NCBI GenBank assembly: GCA_023437485.1
Contig: JAEZGB010000065.1
Location: forward strand, 1-43,268
Reading direction: 5' to 3'
Source: Bacteroidota bacterium
GTDB taxonomy: Bacteria; Bacteroidota; Bacteroidia; Flavobacteriales; Flavobacteriaceae
Length of the DNA stretch: 43,268 nt
In this document: positions 17,525-26,745 of the stretch, piece by piece
Layout: each line of letters starts with the position of its first letter
Position numbering within the stretch: the stretch's first letter is position 1
Notes under the pieces: model-generated
What the model was told of the DNA's origin: nothing
Seen by the model: only the letters and a program-made list of their open reading frames with translations
Database searches by the model: none
Made by a program: the position numbers and the translations under genes

Positions 17525-18230
17525 TGCGCTGTTGCTTTAGGATTTTTGCAATTGACCTGGAAATCTTGTCCTCGCCGGTTTCCCGCCGCAGGTCATCAAT
17601 GTTTTGGTGAAGCCTTACCTGCCCTTCCTGCATGAAGATGATTTGGGTAACCAGGTCATCAAGCTCACTGAGCAGGTGCGAGGTAATCAGGATGAGTTTG
17701 CCTTTTTGTTTTTCGCGGATGATTTTTTCCTTGAGGATCTCGGAAGCCAGCGGGTCCAGCCCTGCGGTGGGTTCATCGAGGATTAGCACTTCGGGGTTGA
17801 ACAAAAATGCCAGTACCGCGCTCACTTTTTGGGTAGTTCCGCCCGAGAGTGTCCTCATTTGCTTGTCACTCATTTTATCCAGTTGGAAAGCGTGGTAAAG
17901 GTCCTGGTCAAGTTCGCTGCCTGAATTCCGGATTTTTTTGATCATGTCGATGATCTGCGAGATGGTCATATTGTCAGGATACCGTCCTATCTGCGGCATA
18001 TACCCAATCTTTTCGCGGTATTCAAACTGCCGCAATACTGATTTTCCATCAAATTCAATGCTTCCTATATCAGGGATAACCATTCCCAAAATGGACTTTA
18101 TCAACGTGGTTTTGCCGCAACCGTTTGGGCCGATCAGCGCGATGCACTCCCCGCGGGAACAGGTCAGGTTCACATTTTTCAGGACTTCGAGCTTCCCGAA
18201 TTTTTTGCTAATTTCTTTAATTTCAATCAT
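17508..18230 (-). CDS. nosF: NosF ABC transporter ATPase
   Basis: GPNGCGKTT, LSGG, ILDEPTAGLDP, ITSH; after nosD. Confidence 0.9.
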   Translation of the reverse strand: MIEIKEISKKFGKLEVLKNVNLTCSRGECIALIGPNGCGKTTLIKSILGMVIPDIGSIEFDGKSVLRQFEYREKIGYMPQIGRYPDNMTISQIIDMIKKIRNSGSELDQDLYHAFQLDKMSDKQMRTLSGGTTQKVSAVLAFLFNPEVLILDEPTAGLDPLASEILKEKIIREKQKGKLILITSHLLSELDDLVTQIIFMQEGQVRLHQNIDDLRRETGEDKISRSIAKILKQQRNEPAH

Positions 18231-19456
18231 AATGGCAGCGCCTTCATCAGTGGCGTTTTATCGACAAAATTATCGGGGGTTATACTGGGTAGGACCTTTT
18301 CAGATTTGTCCAGAAGGGTTATCATAAAACTTCGGTACAACAACATGGTGGACGGATTGCTCTCGGTCAGCACTGCAAACAGGCTTAGCGGATGGTATGG
18401 AACGTCGCCAATTTGATCGCGGTTCAAATCATAACCTTCATATTTGTCCCAATAATTGGCGTTGAAGGTGTTCAGGACCAAGCTTCCGTTGGTACTGATG
18501 TCAAAAGTATTCTTTATAAAATTGTTGTTGACTATCTCATTGTCCATACAACTGGCCTGGATCTTCATCCCCCAGCCGTTTGACCCGAAAATATTCTTCT
18601 CCACCTTAACCCGCGTGGTACCTTCCATAAAAATGCCCGAGGTATTGCGCGAAAACCGGTTGTTGAAAATATAGCTATCGGAAATTTCCTTGAGCAAAAG
18701 CCCGTAGGCCGAATCGCCCCAGTTCTCCTCAAAATGGTTGTTGAACATCTTGACATCGCGCGTGAACATCACCGCCACGCCGGCGCCATTGTTCTTAAAA
18801 ACATTGGTAATGTAGGCATCGCTGTGCGAAAACATGAAATGCAGTCCGTACCGAACATTTTTTTGAGAAATATTCCGCCAGATCACTGAATGCGTCACAA
18901 ATTCCAGATAAATCCCGTCCCGGTGGCCCGATATCCGGTTGCCGATGATTTGCAGGTTCTCGCTTTTCCAACAGTGAATTCCGTTGCCGATAAGCTGCTC
19001 GTCCTTGCCGTAGGCGGTGATGCGGTTGTTCCTGACAATACAGTTGCGGCCATTTTGGATGTAAATCCCAAAATAATTATTGTCCAGGATATTGTTCTCA
19101 ACAACCACGTAATTGCGGTCAAAAACCTTTACGCCGCAGGGATCATTGAGCGCCGATTTACCTGAGTTGACAATCTTGAAGCCGCGCAGCACCACGCTGT
19201 CGGCATTGATGGAGACCACTTCGTCCTTTTTTTGGCCGTCGAGAACCGGATACCCGATCCCGATAAGCACCACCCGTTTTTTGACCATGATATTGCCTTC
19301 GCGGTAAACGCCGCGGTCCACTAAAATAGTGTCGCCGTCAGCGGCAATTTCAAGTGCACGCGTTACCGATTTTACCTGACGGTTCTCGCCCACATGGATA
19401 ACCTGGGCGTGGCCGGAGAGGCCCAGCAGCAATATCAGGAGGATGAAATATCGCAT
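18227..19456 (-). CDS. nosD: Nitrous oxide reductase maturation protein NosD
   Basis: Beta-helix; GNGIHCW, RDGIYLE, RYGLHFMFS, NYWDKYEGYDL. Confidence 0.95.
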   Translation of the reverse strand: MRYFILLILLLGLSGHAQVIHVGENRQVKSVTRALEIAADGDTILVDRGVYREGNIMVKKRVVLIGIGYPVLDGQKKDEVVSINADSVVLRGFKIVNSGKSALNDPCGVKVFDRNYVVVENNILDNNYFGIYIQNGRNCIVRNNRITAYGKDEQLIGNGIHCWKSENLQIIGNRISGHRDGIYLEFVTHSVIWRNISQKNVRYGLHFMFSHSDAYITNVFKNNGAGVAVMFTRDVKMFNNHFEENWGDSAYGLLLKEISDSYIFNNRFSRNTSGIFMEGTTRVKVEKNIFGSNGWGMKIQASCMDNEIVNNNFIKNTFDISTNGSLVLNTFNANYWDKYEGYDLNRDQIGDVPYHPLSLFAVLTESNPSTMLLYRSFMITLLDKSEKVLPSITPDNFVDKTPLMKALPL

Positions 19457-20472
19457 TATTCGGCATTAAGGATGTTGTCCCATTCAACGGCCGAAGCGCC
19501 TAAAGATTTCGCGTGCTGGCTGGCCAAATCAGCCGAAGGGAACGCAGCGATGTTGCCGCGCATGGGCGACTGGATATTGCCGCCTTTGATAAAACTGGCC
19601 GAACTTACCGGGATCAGTGAATTTTCCTGGGTAAAATCGCCAACAAAATGAGTTGAAAATGCTGTTGACGAATTCTCCTTGATATACGCTACCATGCAGG
19701 AAATATCGTCAAATTTATAATACCTACCCTTTTTTGTTATTGTCTCGGCAGCAAATTTCCCATTGGAAATCGTCATTTTGCAATATTCGCACATGTCGGA
19801 ATTGATCTTGATGGGTTTTGGCTCGTTTGAACCGCACGATAGCATTACCACCGACAAGGCCACCACGGCCGCGGCGGGTGCTTTTTTACTAAACCGCGCC
19901 AGCCATCCGCGAGAAATGGCAACTACCAAAAACAGCAGTATTCCGGCCACCACCAACATCCATCCGCCCAGGTCCGGCATTGAATATGCGCCAAAGTTCA
20001 GCAATTGTTTATAGCCGATCAACGGTGGCTGATAGGCCATTCCGGGTACCTGGATTGCCGCGTTGGGGTCCAGATCATGTCCGTAATCATAGTTCCATCG
20101 GTAAAAATCAAGCCCGGCCACTACCACAAAGATCAAAAAAGCGACAAAAAGCCACATGACGCTTTTACGGCGGCCAAATATTGCCATGGCCAGCGAGGCG
20201 AGCCCAAAGGCGATCATGATATAGGGGATGATCTTGAATTCAATAAAATTTTCGGTGTGAAGGGTTTTCATGCCAATGTAATGGTTTAGGCCGTTGATGA
20301 TTTCAACATCGCCGCCAATTTTATCGGCGTGCAGCCTAAGCACAAGCCCTTCAGGATATTGTGGCGCCACCAAATCGATTTTCCACATCGGCACCAATAA
20401 AGAGCAAAAAAAGAGTACACTTGCCATGACCAGGAAGATCCTGGACAGCAAACTTATTTTGGAATTATCCAT
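19456..20472 (-). CDS. nosL: NosB-like membrane domain fused to NosL copper chaperone
   Basis: N-part PMWKIDLVAPQYPEGL, NGLNHYIGM, YDYGHDLDP..YQPP (NosB-like); C-part CEYCKMTI, FDDISCM, SPMRG (NosL). Confidence 0.85.
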   Translation of the reverse strand: MDNSKISLLSRIFLVMASVLFFCSLLVPMWKIDLVAPQYPEGLVLRLHADKIGGDVEIINGLNHYIGMKTLHTENFIEFKIIPYIMIAFGLASLAMAIFGRRKSVMWLFVAFLIFVVVAGLDFYRWNYDYGHDLDPNAAIQVPGMAYQPPLIGYKQLLNFGAYSMPDLGGWMLVVAGILLFLVVAISRGWLARFSKKAPAAAVVALSVVMLSCGSNEPKPIKINSDMCEYCKMTISNGKFAAETITKKGRYYKFDDISCMVAYIKENSSTAFSTHFVGDFTQENSLIPVSSASFIKGGNIQSPMRGNIAAFPSADLASQHAKSLGASAVEWDNILNAE

Positions 20473-20486
20473 AGCATTTGAATTTA

Positions 20487-20512
20487 AAAGGGCAAAATTT
20501 CTTTTGCCCTTT
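20487..20512 (-). terminator. Hairpin (partial terminator or mRNA stabiliser) after nosZ
   Basis: AAAGGGCAAAA-TTTC-TTTTGCCCTTT 11-bp stem between nosZ and nosB-L. Confidence 0.7.
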
Positions 20513-20521
20513 CCATTTTGA

Positions 20522-22498
20522 TTATTTGCTTGCGGGCTGATTGGTCCCTACACTATAAGTTATGGGAACCGTGCTGCCTTTTGGAGAAACCCTTACGTAA
20601 CCTGACATTTCCTGGTGCAATGCACTACAGAAGTCAGTACAGTATATCGGGAAGATCCCCACACGGTCCGGCACCCACTTAAGCGTGGTGGTTTCGCCCG
20701 GCATGATGAGCAACTCTGCATTGTTGGCGCCCTTGACTGCAAACCCGTGCGGAACGTCCCAATCCTGCTCAAGGTTTGTCACGTGGAAGTAAACCTCATC
20801 GCCAAGCCTTACACCCTCTATGTTGTCAGGAGCAAAGTGCGAACGGATTGATGTCATGTACACGTGAACCTTGTTTCCTTCGCGCACCACTTTGGCGTCC
20901 TTTTCACCCTTGGTAACATAAGGGTGCTCGTTTTTGTTGATGTCATAAAACTTCAACTGCCCGTTATTGCGGATCAGATCGGCCGGTGCAGCCTGCGCGT
21001 AGTGAGGTTCGCCGATGGTGGGGAAGTCCAGGATGAGCTGCATCTTATCGCCACTGATATCAAAGATTTGCGCGCTTTGTGCCAATTCAGGCCCTGTTGG
21101 CAGGTAACGGTCCTTGGTGATCTTGTTGTAGGCCACCAGGTACTTGCCAAATGGCTTTTTACTGTCTCCACCCGGAACCATCAAGTGACCGATTGAGTAG
21201 TAAGTTGGAACCCTGTCAAGAACTTTAAGCGTTTTGATGTCCCATTTCACGATTTCAGATGACACGAAGAATGAAGTATAGGCGTTGCCTTTTCCGTCAA
21301 ACTCGGTGTGGAGTGGCCCAAGCCCTGGCTTTTGAACCTCGCCGTGCAATACTGACTCATACTTAAGTACCGGAATGCCTTCATAATCGCCTTCATATTG
21401 TTTGGCGGCAATGGCCTTTTGCAATTTGTCAAAGCTGAATACAGGAATCAATGCGGCAAGCTTACCACTTCCCACAATATACTCACCTGAAGGATCGACG
21501 TCACATCCGTGCGGCGATTTAGGGCAAGGGATCATGTAGCAGATATCCTTAAGCTCGGCGGCATCGAGAACCAAAACTTCGGTTTTGATTTCAGATTTGG
21601 CCATGTGGGTCTTTTCGTCCCAGGTATTGTGGGCGTAACGGACTTTCTGTTTCTTGCCCTTCCCGGCCTTGATGTATTCCTCGGCTTTTTTCCAGTTCAC
21701 GGCCATAATAAAGTCTTTGTCCTTTTGGGAAGCGTTCACTTCAAGAAGCGTGTTGGCCTGTTCAGTGTTGTAGGTCGAGAAGAAGAACCACCCGTGAGAC
21801 TTGCCCTTACCGGCGTGCGAAAGGTCAAAGTTTACACCCGGGGTAACAATCTGGAACGCGATATCCATCTCACCTTCCTTGCCTACTTTCACAAAGCTGA
21901 TGTGGCCTTTGAAATTTTGCTTGTAGGTATTGATGGCCACGTCGCCGTCGCTGTAATCGCCAGGTACGCTAAAGCGTGTTCCCGCTACAACATACTCGGT
22001 GTTTTCAGTAATGAACGGGCTGGAGTGGTTACCACCGCTGTTTGGAAGTTCAATGATCTCGGCTGTTTTAAAAGTCTTGAGGTCAATCCTCGCGATCCTT
22101 GGAGTGTTGTTCGCGTTGGCAAACACCCAACGGCCGTCAATTTCGCCATTGGTTTGGGACATCTCGGTGTGGTGGAGGTCATCCCAGGGCACCATTCCGT
22201 GTGAAGTGTTGAGCATCGGTTTCGTCTCTTCGCTGTACCCCCAGCCTTTCTCCGGATCAACCGAGAAAACCGGGATTACCCTGAACAACCTGCCGCTTGG
22301 CAAACCGTAAACACTGAGCTGGCCACTGAACCCGCCCGAGACGAAATTATAGAATTCGTCATACTTTCCGGGCGCTACATACGCCTTTTGGGCAGCGTTG
22401 CCACTCACGGCATCGCCAGAACTTTTAGGTTTGCACGAGGCAAAGAACAAACTTCCGGCAAAGGCGAAGGCCAATGCTACCACGATCCTGTTTTTCAT
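20522..22498 (-). CDS. nosZ: Clade II (Sec-dependent) nitrous oxide reductase, lipoprotein
   Basis: Lipobox FASC, no twin-Arg; CuZ DDLHH, GNHS, PHG, GPLH, IGH, EPH; CuA DVPHGF, CTDFCSALHQEM. Confidence 0.98.
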   Translation of the reverse strand: MKNRIVVALAFAFAGSLFFASCKPKSSGDAVSGNAAQKAYVAPGKYDEFYNFVSGGFSGQLSVYGLPSGRLFRVIPVFSVDPEKGWGYSEETKPMLNTSHGMVPWDDLHHTEMSQTNGEIDGRWVFANANNTPRIARIDLKTFKTAEIIELPNSGGNHSSPFITENTEYVVAGTRFSVPGDYSDGDVAINTYKQNFKGHISFVKVGKEGEMDIAFQIVTPGVNFDLSHAGKGKSHGWFFFSTYNTEQANTLLEVNASQKDKDFIMAVNWKKAEEYIKAGKGKKQKVRYAHNTWDEKTHMAKSEIKTEVLVLDAAELKDICYMIPCPKSPHGCDVDPSGEYIVGSGKLAALIPVFSFDKLQKAIAAKQYEGDYEGIPVLKYESVLHGEVQKPGLGPLHTEFDGKGNAYTSFFVSSEIVKWDIKTLKVLDRVPTYYSIGHLMVPGGDSKKPFGKYLVAYNKITKDRYLPTGPELAQSAQIFDISGDKMQLILDFPTIGEPHYAQAAPADLIRNNGQLKFYDINKNEHPYVTKGEKDAKVVREGNKVHVYMTSIRSHFAPDNIEGVRLGDEVYFHVTNLEQDWDVPHGFAVKGANNAELLIMPGETTTLKWVPDRVGIFPIYCTDFCSALHQEMSGYVRVSPKGSTVPITYSVGTNQPASK

Positions 22499-22519
22499 AA
22501 TATAGGGATTTTTAGAAAA

Positions 22520-23005
22520 CTATTGTACACCGTCAATTTTGCGCATATACTCTAAGATTCCGCGTGCTTCGTCGTCAGACAAGCCCTGGTTTGGCATGCG
22601 CACCAAACAGATTTCCAACTGCGCCTGGAGTTCAGGGTCTTTGTCAATCATTGGGTCAGGATTGGTAATGAAGTTCATGATCCATTGCGGAGTCCGGCGC
22701 TCGGTCAGGCCTGCCCAACCCGGGCCCACAAGGCGCTCGTCGGTAATTTTGTGGCATGAGAGGCATTTTACATTGGATACTTCCTCACCTTTTGAGGCGA
22801 GGGCCTTGTCCAGATTGGGGCTTAGGTCAACTTTATCATACTTTCCTTCTCCGCGGTTCGGGTCATAATCGGCGGCCGATCCGGCAGTCTGTTCACCGGC
22901 CGGTACCACTATTTCGTCCTGATTCGAATCCTGGTCTTTTTTTTCTTTGTCACCGCATGAAATCAGTACGGCAAGGAAAGCTGTGAGAATCGCAAATTTT
23001 TTCAT
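22520..23005 (-). CDS. Monohaem cytochrome c lipoprotein (probable NosZ electron donor)
   Basis: Lipobox LISC; CLSCH; LVGPGW; VRMPNQ. Confidence 0.88.
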   Translation of the reverse strand: MKKFAILTAFLAVLISCGDKEKKDQDSNQDEIVVPAGEQTAGSAADYDPNRGEGKYDKVDLSPNLDKALASKGEEVSNVKCLSCHKITDERLVGPGWAGLTERRTPQWIMNFITNPDPMIDKDPELQAQLEICLVRMPNQGLSDDEARGILEYMRKIDGVQ

Positions 23006-23059
23006 TGTTGGTTGATTTAAGATTAGTACAAAGTTACATACACGGCAATCTGACCTTTT

Positions 23060-23073
23060 ATGATTAAAGTCAT
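23060..23073. promoter_or_regulatory. Crp/Fnr-type box of nos operon promoter
   Basis: ATGATTAAAGTCAT; 23 nt to TAACTTTG (-, 23036-23029). Confidence 0.8.
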
Positions 23074-23187
23074 ATTTAAAAGAAACTTCAATTTAGCCAT
23101 TATAATTTAATTGGCAAATGTTTAAATGCAATTATGTCTGATAATCAGCCTGTGGTAAAATTCATTTACACCCATAATCGCCGCCAA

Positions 23188-23201
23188 ATGACCAAAATCA
23201 T
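23188..23201. promoter_or_regulatory. Crp/Fnr-type box of copD-hemerythrin-hemN promoter
   Basis: ATGACCAAAATCAT; 23 nt to TACCTTTG (23225-23232). Confidence 0.8.
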
Positions 23202-23248
23202 AAAAGTGGTGACAACTGAGTTCCTACCTTTGTAAAATAATAATCGCC

Positions 23249-23701
23249 ATGGCCTTGCACCACCTCTTATTGATCACGCATTTAATCGCCGCTGCAGTGT
23301 GGGTCGGCGGGCATTTGGTGTTGTCGCTCACCATCCTTCCGCAGGCTGTCAAACAAAAAAACGGTTTGCTGATACTGGATTTTGAATCCCGTTTTGAAGC
23401 TTGGGGAATGTCTTCGCTGGTATTGCTTGTGGTTTCGGGAATTGCGATGGCGTATAATTATGGTGTCCGGTTGGAAAATTGGTTTGAGTTCAGCAGCGCA
23501 GTGGAACGCGTTGTCTCGGCCAAATTGCTGATGTTGTTCCTGACACTTGCACTGGCCATGAGCGCAAGATTCGGCGCAATCCCGCGTTTGATCAGGCAGC
23601 CGACTAAAACAAACACAATGGCCCTACACATTATCCTGGTCACAATAACGGGAACCGCGATGCTGGTCATGGGAAGTTTTATAAGATTTGGAGGAATATG
23701 A
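23249..23701 (+). CDS. CopD-like four-TM membrane protein
   Basis: ITHLIAAAVWVGG, LLVVSG, AKL helices. Confidence 0.65.
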   Translation: MALHHLLLITHLIAAAVWVGGHLVLSLTILPQAVKQKNGLLILDFESRFEAWGMSSLVLLVVSGIAMAYNYGVRLENWFEFSSAVERVVSAKLLMLFLTLALAMSARFGAIPRLIRQPTKTNTMALHIILVTITGTAMLVMGSFIRFGGI

Positions 23702-24156
23702 CTGATAAAAAACCACTCAAAAGGAGCAAGGAGCTCAGGTCCTTTAGTGTTGACCATCATCACGGGCTGCTGCTATCCTGGAAGATCAGGACCGGATTCA
23801 AAAAGGGAATTGAGGTAAAGCGGATGGCAAATTATGTCGAATGGTTTTACCAAAACCACCTGATGCCGCATTTCAAACTCGAGGAACAGTATATGTTTCC
23901 GGTTTTGGGCGATGCCGATCCGGACATAGTAAAGGCCCTTGACGATCACCGGGAATTGACCGCTTTGATTGAGAACAGGAACCAGCCTGAAGCGCTCCAC
24001 CAATTGGCCGATGCACTTGAAGCGCACATCCGGTTTGAGGAACGCGTACTATTTGGGCGCATTCAGCAGGCCGCCACCCCTGACCAGCTAACCCGGATCG
24101 AACAGATCCATGACAGCGAAAAATTTGTTGAACACCATGACGAATTCTGGAAATAA
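23698..24156 (+). CDS. Hemerythrin domain protein
   Basis: DHHHGLL, HFKLEE, DDH, HIRFEER ligands. Confidence 0.85.
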   Translation: MTDKKPLKRSKELRSFSVDHHHGLLLSWKIRTGFKKGIEVKRMANYVEWFYQNHLMPHFKLEEQYMFPVLGDADPDIVKALDDHRELTALIENRNQPEALHQLADALEAHIRFEERVLFGRIQQAATPDQLTRIEQIHDSEKFVEHHDEFWK

Positions 24157-25520
24157 TGAGCCAATCGATAATTCAAAAATACAACGTTCCCGGACCGCGC
24201 TACACCTCGTACCCTACTGTGCCGTATTGGGAAGAAGACAAGTTTGACCCCGATCGATGGAAAGCGCTTTTGATCCAATCCTATAATGAATCCAACCTGA
24301 CCGAGGGAATTAGCGTGTACATTCACCTGCCGTTCTGCGAAAGCCTTTGTACGTTTTGCGGATGCAACAAACGCATTACCAAACGCCATGATGTGGAAGA
24401 GGTGTACATCGAAGCATTGTTGCGCGAATGGGAAATGTACACATCATTACTTCCGCAGGTTCCTCAGATAAGGGAATTGCACCTTGGCGGCGGAACCCCT
24501 ACTTTTTTTAAACCCTCAAACCTTGAAGCGCTGCTCAACAATATCTTTGCAAAAGCCCATAGGGCCAAAGGTTTTGAATATTCCTTTGAAGGCCATCCCA
24601 ACAATACAACCCGCGAGCATCTGCAGTCGCTCTATGACCTTGGGTTTCGGCGCGTGAGTTTTGGCGTTCAGGAATATGACCCCGTGGTGCAAAAGGCCAT
24701 CCACCGCATTCAACCGTTTCAAAACGTGGCCAATGTTACCCGCTGGGCCAGAGAGATCGGATATACCTCCATCAGCCACGACCTTGTTTTTGGGCTTCCT
24801 TTTCAAACCCTGGACAATGTTCGGGACACCATTGAGAAAACCAAATTGCTCAACCCTGACCGAATCTCCTTTTACAGTTATGCGCATGTCCCGTGGATCA
24901 AGGGGAACGGCCAGCGCGGGTTCAGTGAGGAAAATCTGCCAAAAGATGACGAGAAGCGCAGGCTCTATGAAGTGGGCAAGGAATTGCTTTTCCAAAACGG
25001 CTACCGCGAAATCGGGATGGACCATTTTGCGCTCCCCGATGATTCCATGTATGAATCGTTCGCCGGCGGGACGCTGCACCGCAACTTTATGGGATATACA
25101 TCGTCAAAAACCCAGGTCATGATCGGCCTCGGGGTTTCGGCCATTGGCGATATCTGGTACGGCTTCGCCCAAAATGAAAAGAAACTTGAGGCTTACTATG
25201 ATCTCATTGCCAACGGCAGGTTGCCGGTTACACGCGGGCATCTGCTCAGTGCCGAAGACCTCATCATCCGCAAGCACATCCTCAATTTGATGTGCCGGTT
25301 TGAAACCTCGTGGCAATACGGCACCGATTATTTCCCCGAACTCCCGGAAGTGCTCGCCTCGCTAAATGAGATGCGCCGTGACGGCCTGCTTGAGATTCAT
25401 CAGGAAAGCCTGAGCGTGACCGAGGCGGGGAAACCCTTTGTACGAAACATCTGCATGGCATTTGACCTCAGGCTCAGGCGCAAGGCACCGGATACGCAGT
25501 TGTTCTCAATGACGGTTTAA
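24156..25520 (+). CDS. hemN: Oxygen-independent coproporphyrinogen III oxidase
   Basis: PGPRYTSYPT, HLPFCESLCTFCGC, GGGTP, IGMDHFA, RNFMGY. Confidence 0.96.
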   Translation: MSQSIIQKYNVPGPRYTSYPTVPYWEEDKFDPDRWKALLIQSYNESNLTEGISVYIHLPFCESLCTFCGCNKRITKRHDVEEVYIEALLREWEMYTSLLPQVPQIRELHLGGGTPTFFKPSNLEALLNNIFAKAHRAKGFEYSFEGHPNNTTREHLQSLYDLGFRRVSFGVQEYDPVVQKAIHRIQPFQNVANVTRWAREIGYTSISHDLVFGLPFQTLDNVRDTIEKTKLLNPDRISFYSYAHVPWIKGNGQRGFSEENLPKDDEKRRLYEVGKELLFQNGYREIGMDHFALPDDSMYESFAGGTLHRNFMGYTSSKTQVMIGLGVSAIGDIWYGFAQNEKKLEAYYDLIANGRLPVTRGHLLSAEDLIIRKHILNLMCRFETSWQYGTDYFPELPEVLASLNEMRRDGLLEIHQESLSVTEAGKPFVRNICMAFDLRLRRKAPDTQLFSMTV

Positions 25521-26740
25521 TTGGGAATAAAAATGTCAAACCGCGCGCCGTTGTTCACTTCACTGCTGGCGGTGATAAAGCCGTTGTGGTTGTCAACGAT
25601 CTTCTTGACGATCGCCAGCCCGATCCCGGTACCTTCATAAACATCGCGGCTGTGGAGTTTTTGGAAAACCTCAAATATCCTCTCGCTAAACGAGGCGTCA
25701 AAACCAATCCCGTTGTCGCGCACGGTAATGTGGCAATATTCCTTTTCAGGGACCAGCCGGTCATGGAACAAATCGCTTCCCTTGACCGTTTTGGCCTTGA
25801 CCGTAATGTGCGGCTGGTTCACCGGATGGGTGAATTTAAGCGCATTGCTCATCAGGTTTTGCATCAATTGGGTGAACTGGAAAGGAATAATGCGTGCATG
25901 GCAAACATCGTTTACGTCAACCAGCGCATTTTTTGACTCGATTTTTTCCTGCAGATCGCTCACCACATCTTCCAGAATTTCCCGCAAATGCGTCTGCTCA
26001 AATTTGCGTTCGGTGGCATTGGTCCTTGAAAACGCCAGCAGGCTTTCAATAAGCTGACGCATACGTTCGGCGGCCAGCTGTACCCGCTGGAACTGATGTT
26101 TGCCTTTCTCCGATAAATTTTCGCTTTCGCCCAGCATGATCAGGCTGATAAAAGTCTGGATTTTCCTGAGCGGCTCCTGCAAATCATGGCTTGAAACATA
26201 AGTGAAGGCTTCGAGCTCCTTGTTTGCCATCCGAAGCTCCTGCGCGTGGTCTTCAATTTCCTGGTTGCGCTGCGCGAGTTCGCGGTTGGCGTCCATCAAA
26301 GCTTCATTCAGGGCGCGCATCTGGTCTTCCTTGAGCTGAAGTTCGTGGTTCTTGCGGTAAAGTTCGGCAAATACCTGCACCTTTGCCTTGAGGATTTCGG
26401 GCGACAAAGGTTTGATCATATAATCAACCGCACCAGCCTGATAGCCCTTAAATATGTATTCCGACCGGTCCATATTGGCAGTCAAAAAGATGATCGGCAC
26501 GTGTTTGAGCTTGTCGCTTTGCCGAATCAGTTCGGCGGTCTCGAATCCATCCATCATTGGCATCTGGACATCCATCAGGATAATCGCAAAGTCCTGGTCG
26601 CGGAGCAGAATCCGCAACGCGTCCTTGCCTGATTTTGCCTCAACAAAGTCATAGCCCTGGCCCGAAAGGACAACCTGCAGGGACAAAAGGTTCTCCTGCT
26701 TGTCGTCAACCAATAAAATTTTAACGCGGTGAGCCTCCAT
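25517..26740 (-). CDS. Hybrid response regulator-histidine kinase (REC-HisKA-HATPase)
   Basis: LLVDD, MDVQMP, SHDLQEPLRKI, NLMSNALKF, DNGIGF, GTGIGL. Confidence 0.93.
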   Translation of the reverse strand: MEAHRVKILLVDDKQENLLSLQVVLSGQGYDFVEAKSGKDALRILLRDQDFAIILMDVQMPMMDGFETAELIRQSDKLKHVPIIFLTANMDRSEYIFKGYQAGAVDYMIKPLSPEILKAKVQVFAELYRKNHELQLKEDQMRALNEALMDANRELAQRNQEIEDHAQELRMANKELEAFTYVSSHDLQEPLRKIQTFISLIMLGESENLSEKGKHQFQRVQLAAERMRQLIESLLAFSRTNATERKFEQTHLREILEDVVSDLQEKIESKNALVDVNDVCHARIIPFQFTQLMQNLMSNALKFTHPVNQPHITVKAKTVKGSDLFHDRLVPEKEYCHITVRDNGIGFDASFSERIFEVFQKLHSRDVYEGTGIGLAIVKKIVDNHNGFITASSEVNNGARFDIFIPN

Positions 26741-26745
26741 ACGGA

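Noticed and set aside
23138..23148. Short palindrome CTGATAATCAG in the nos/copD spacer
   Set aside because: Single instance, spacing unlike the regulon box, no supporting context
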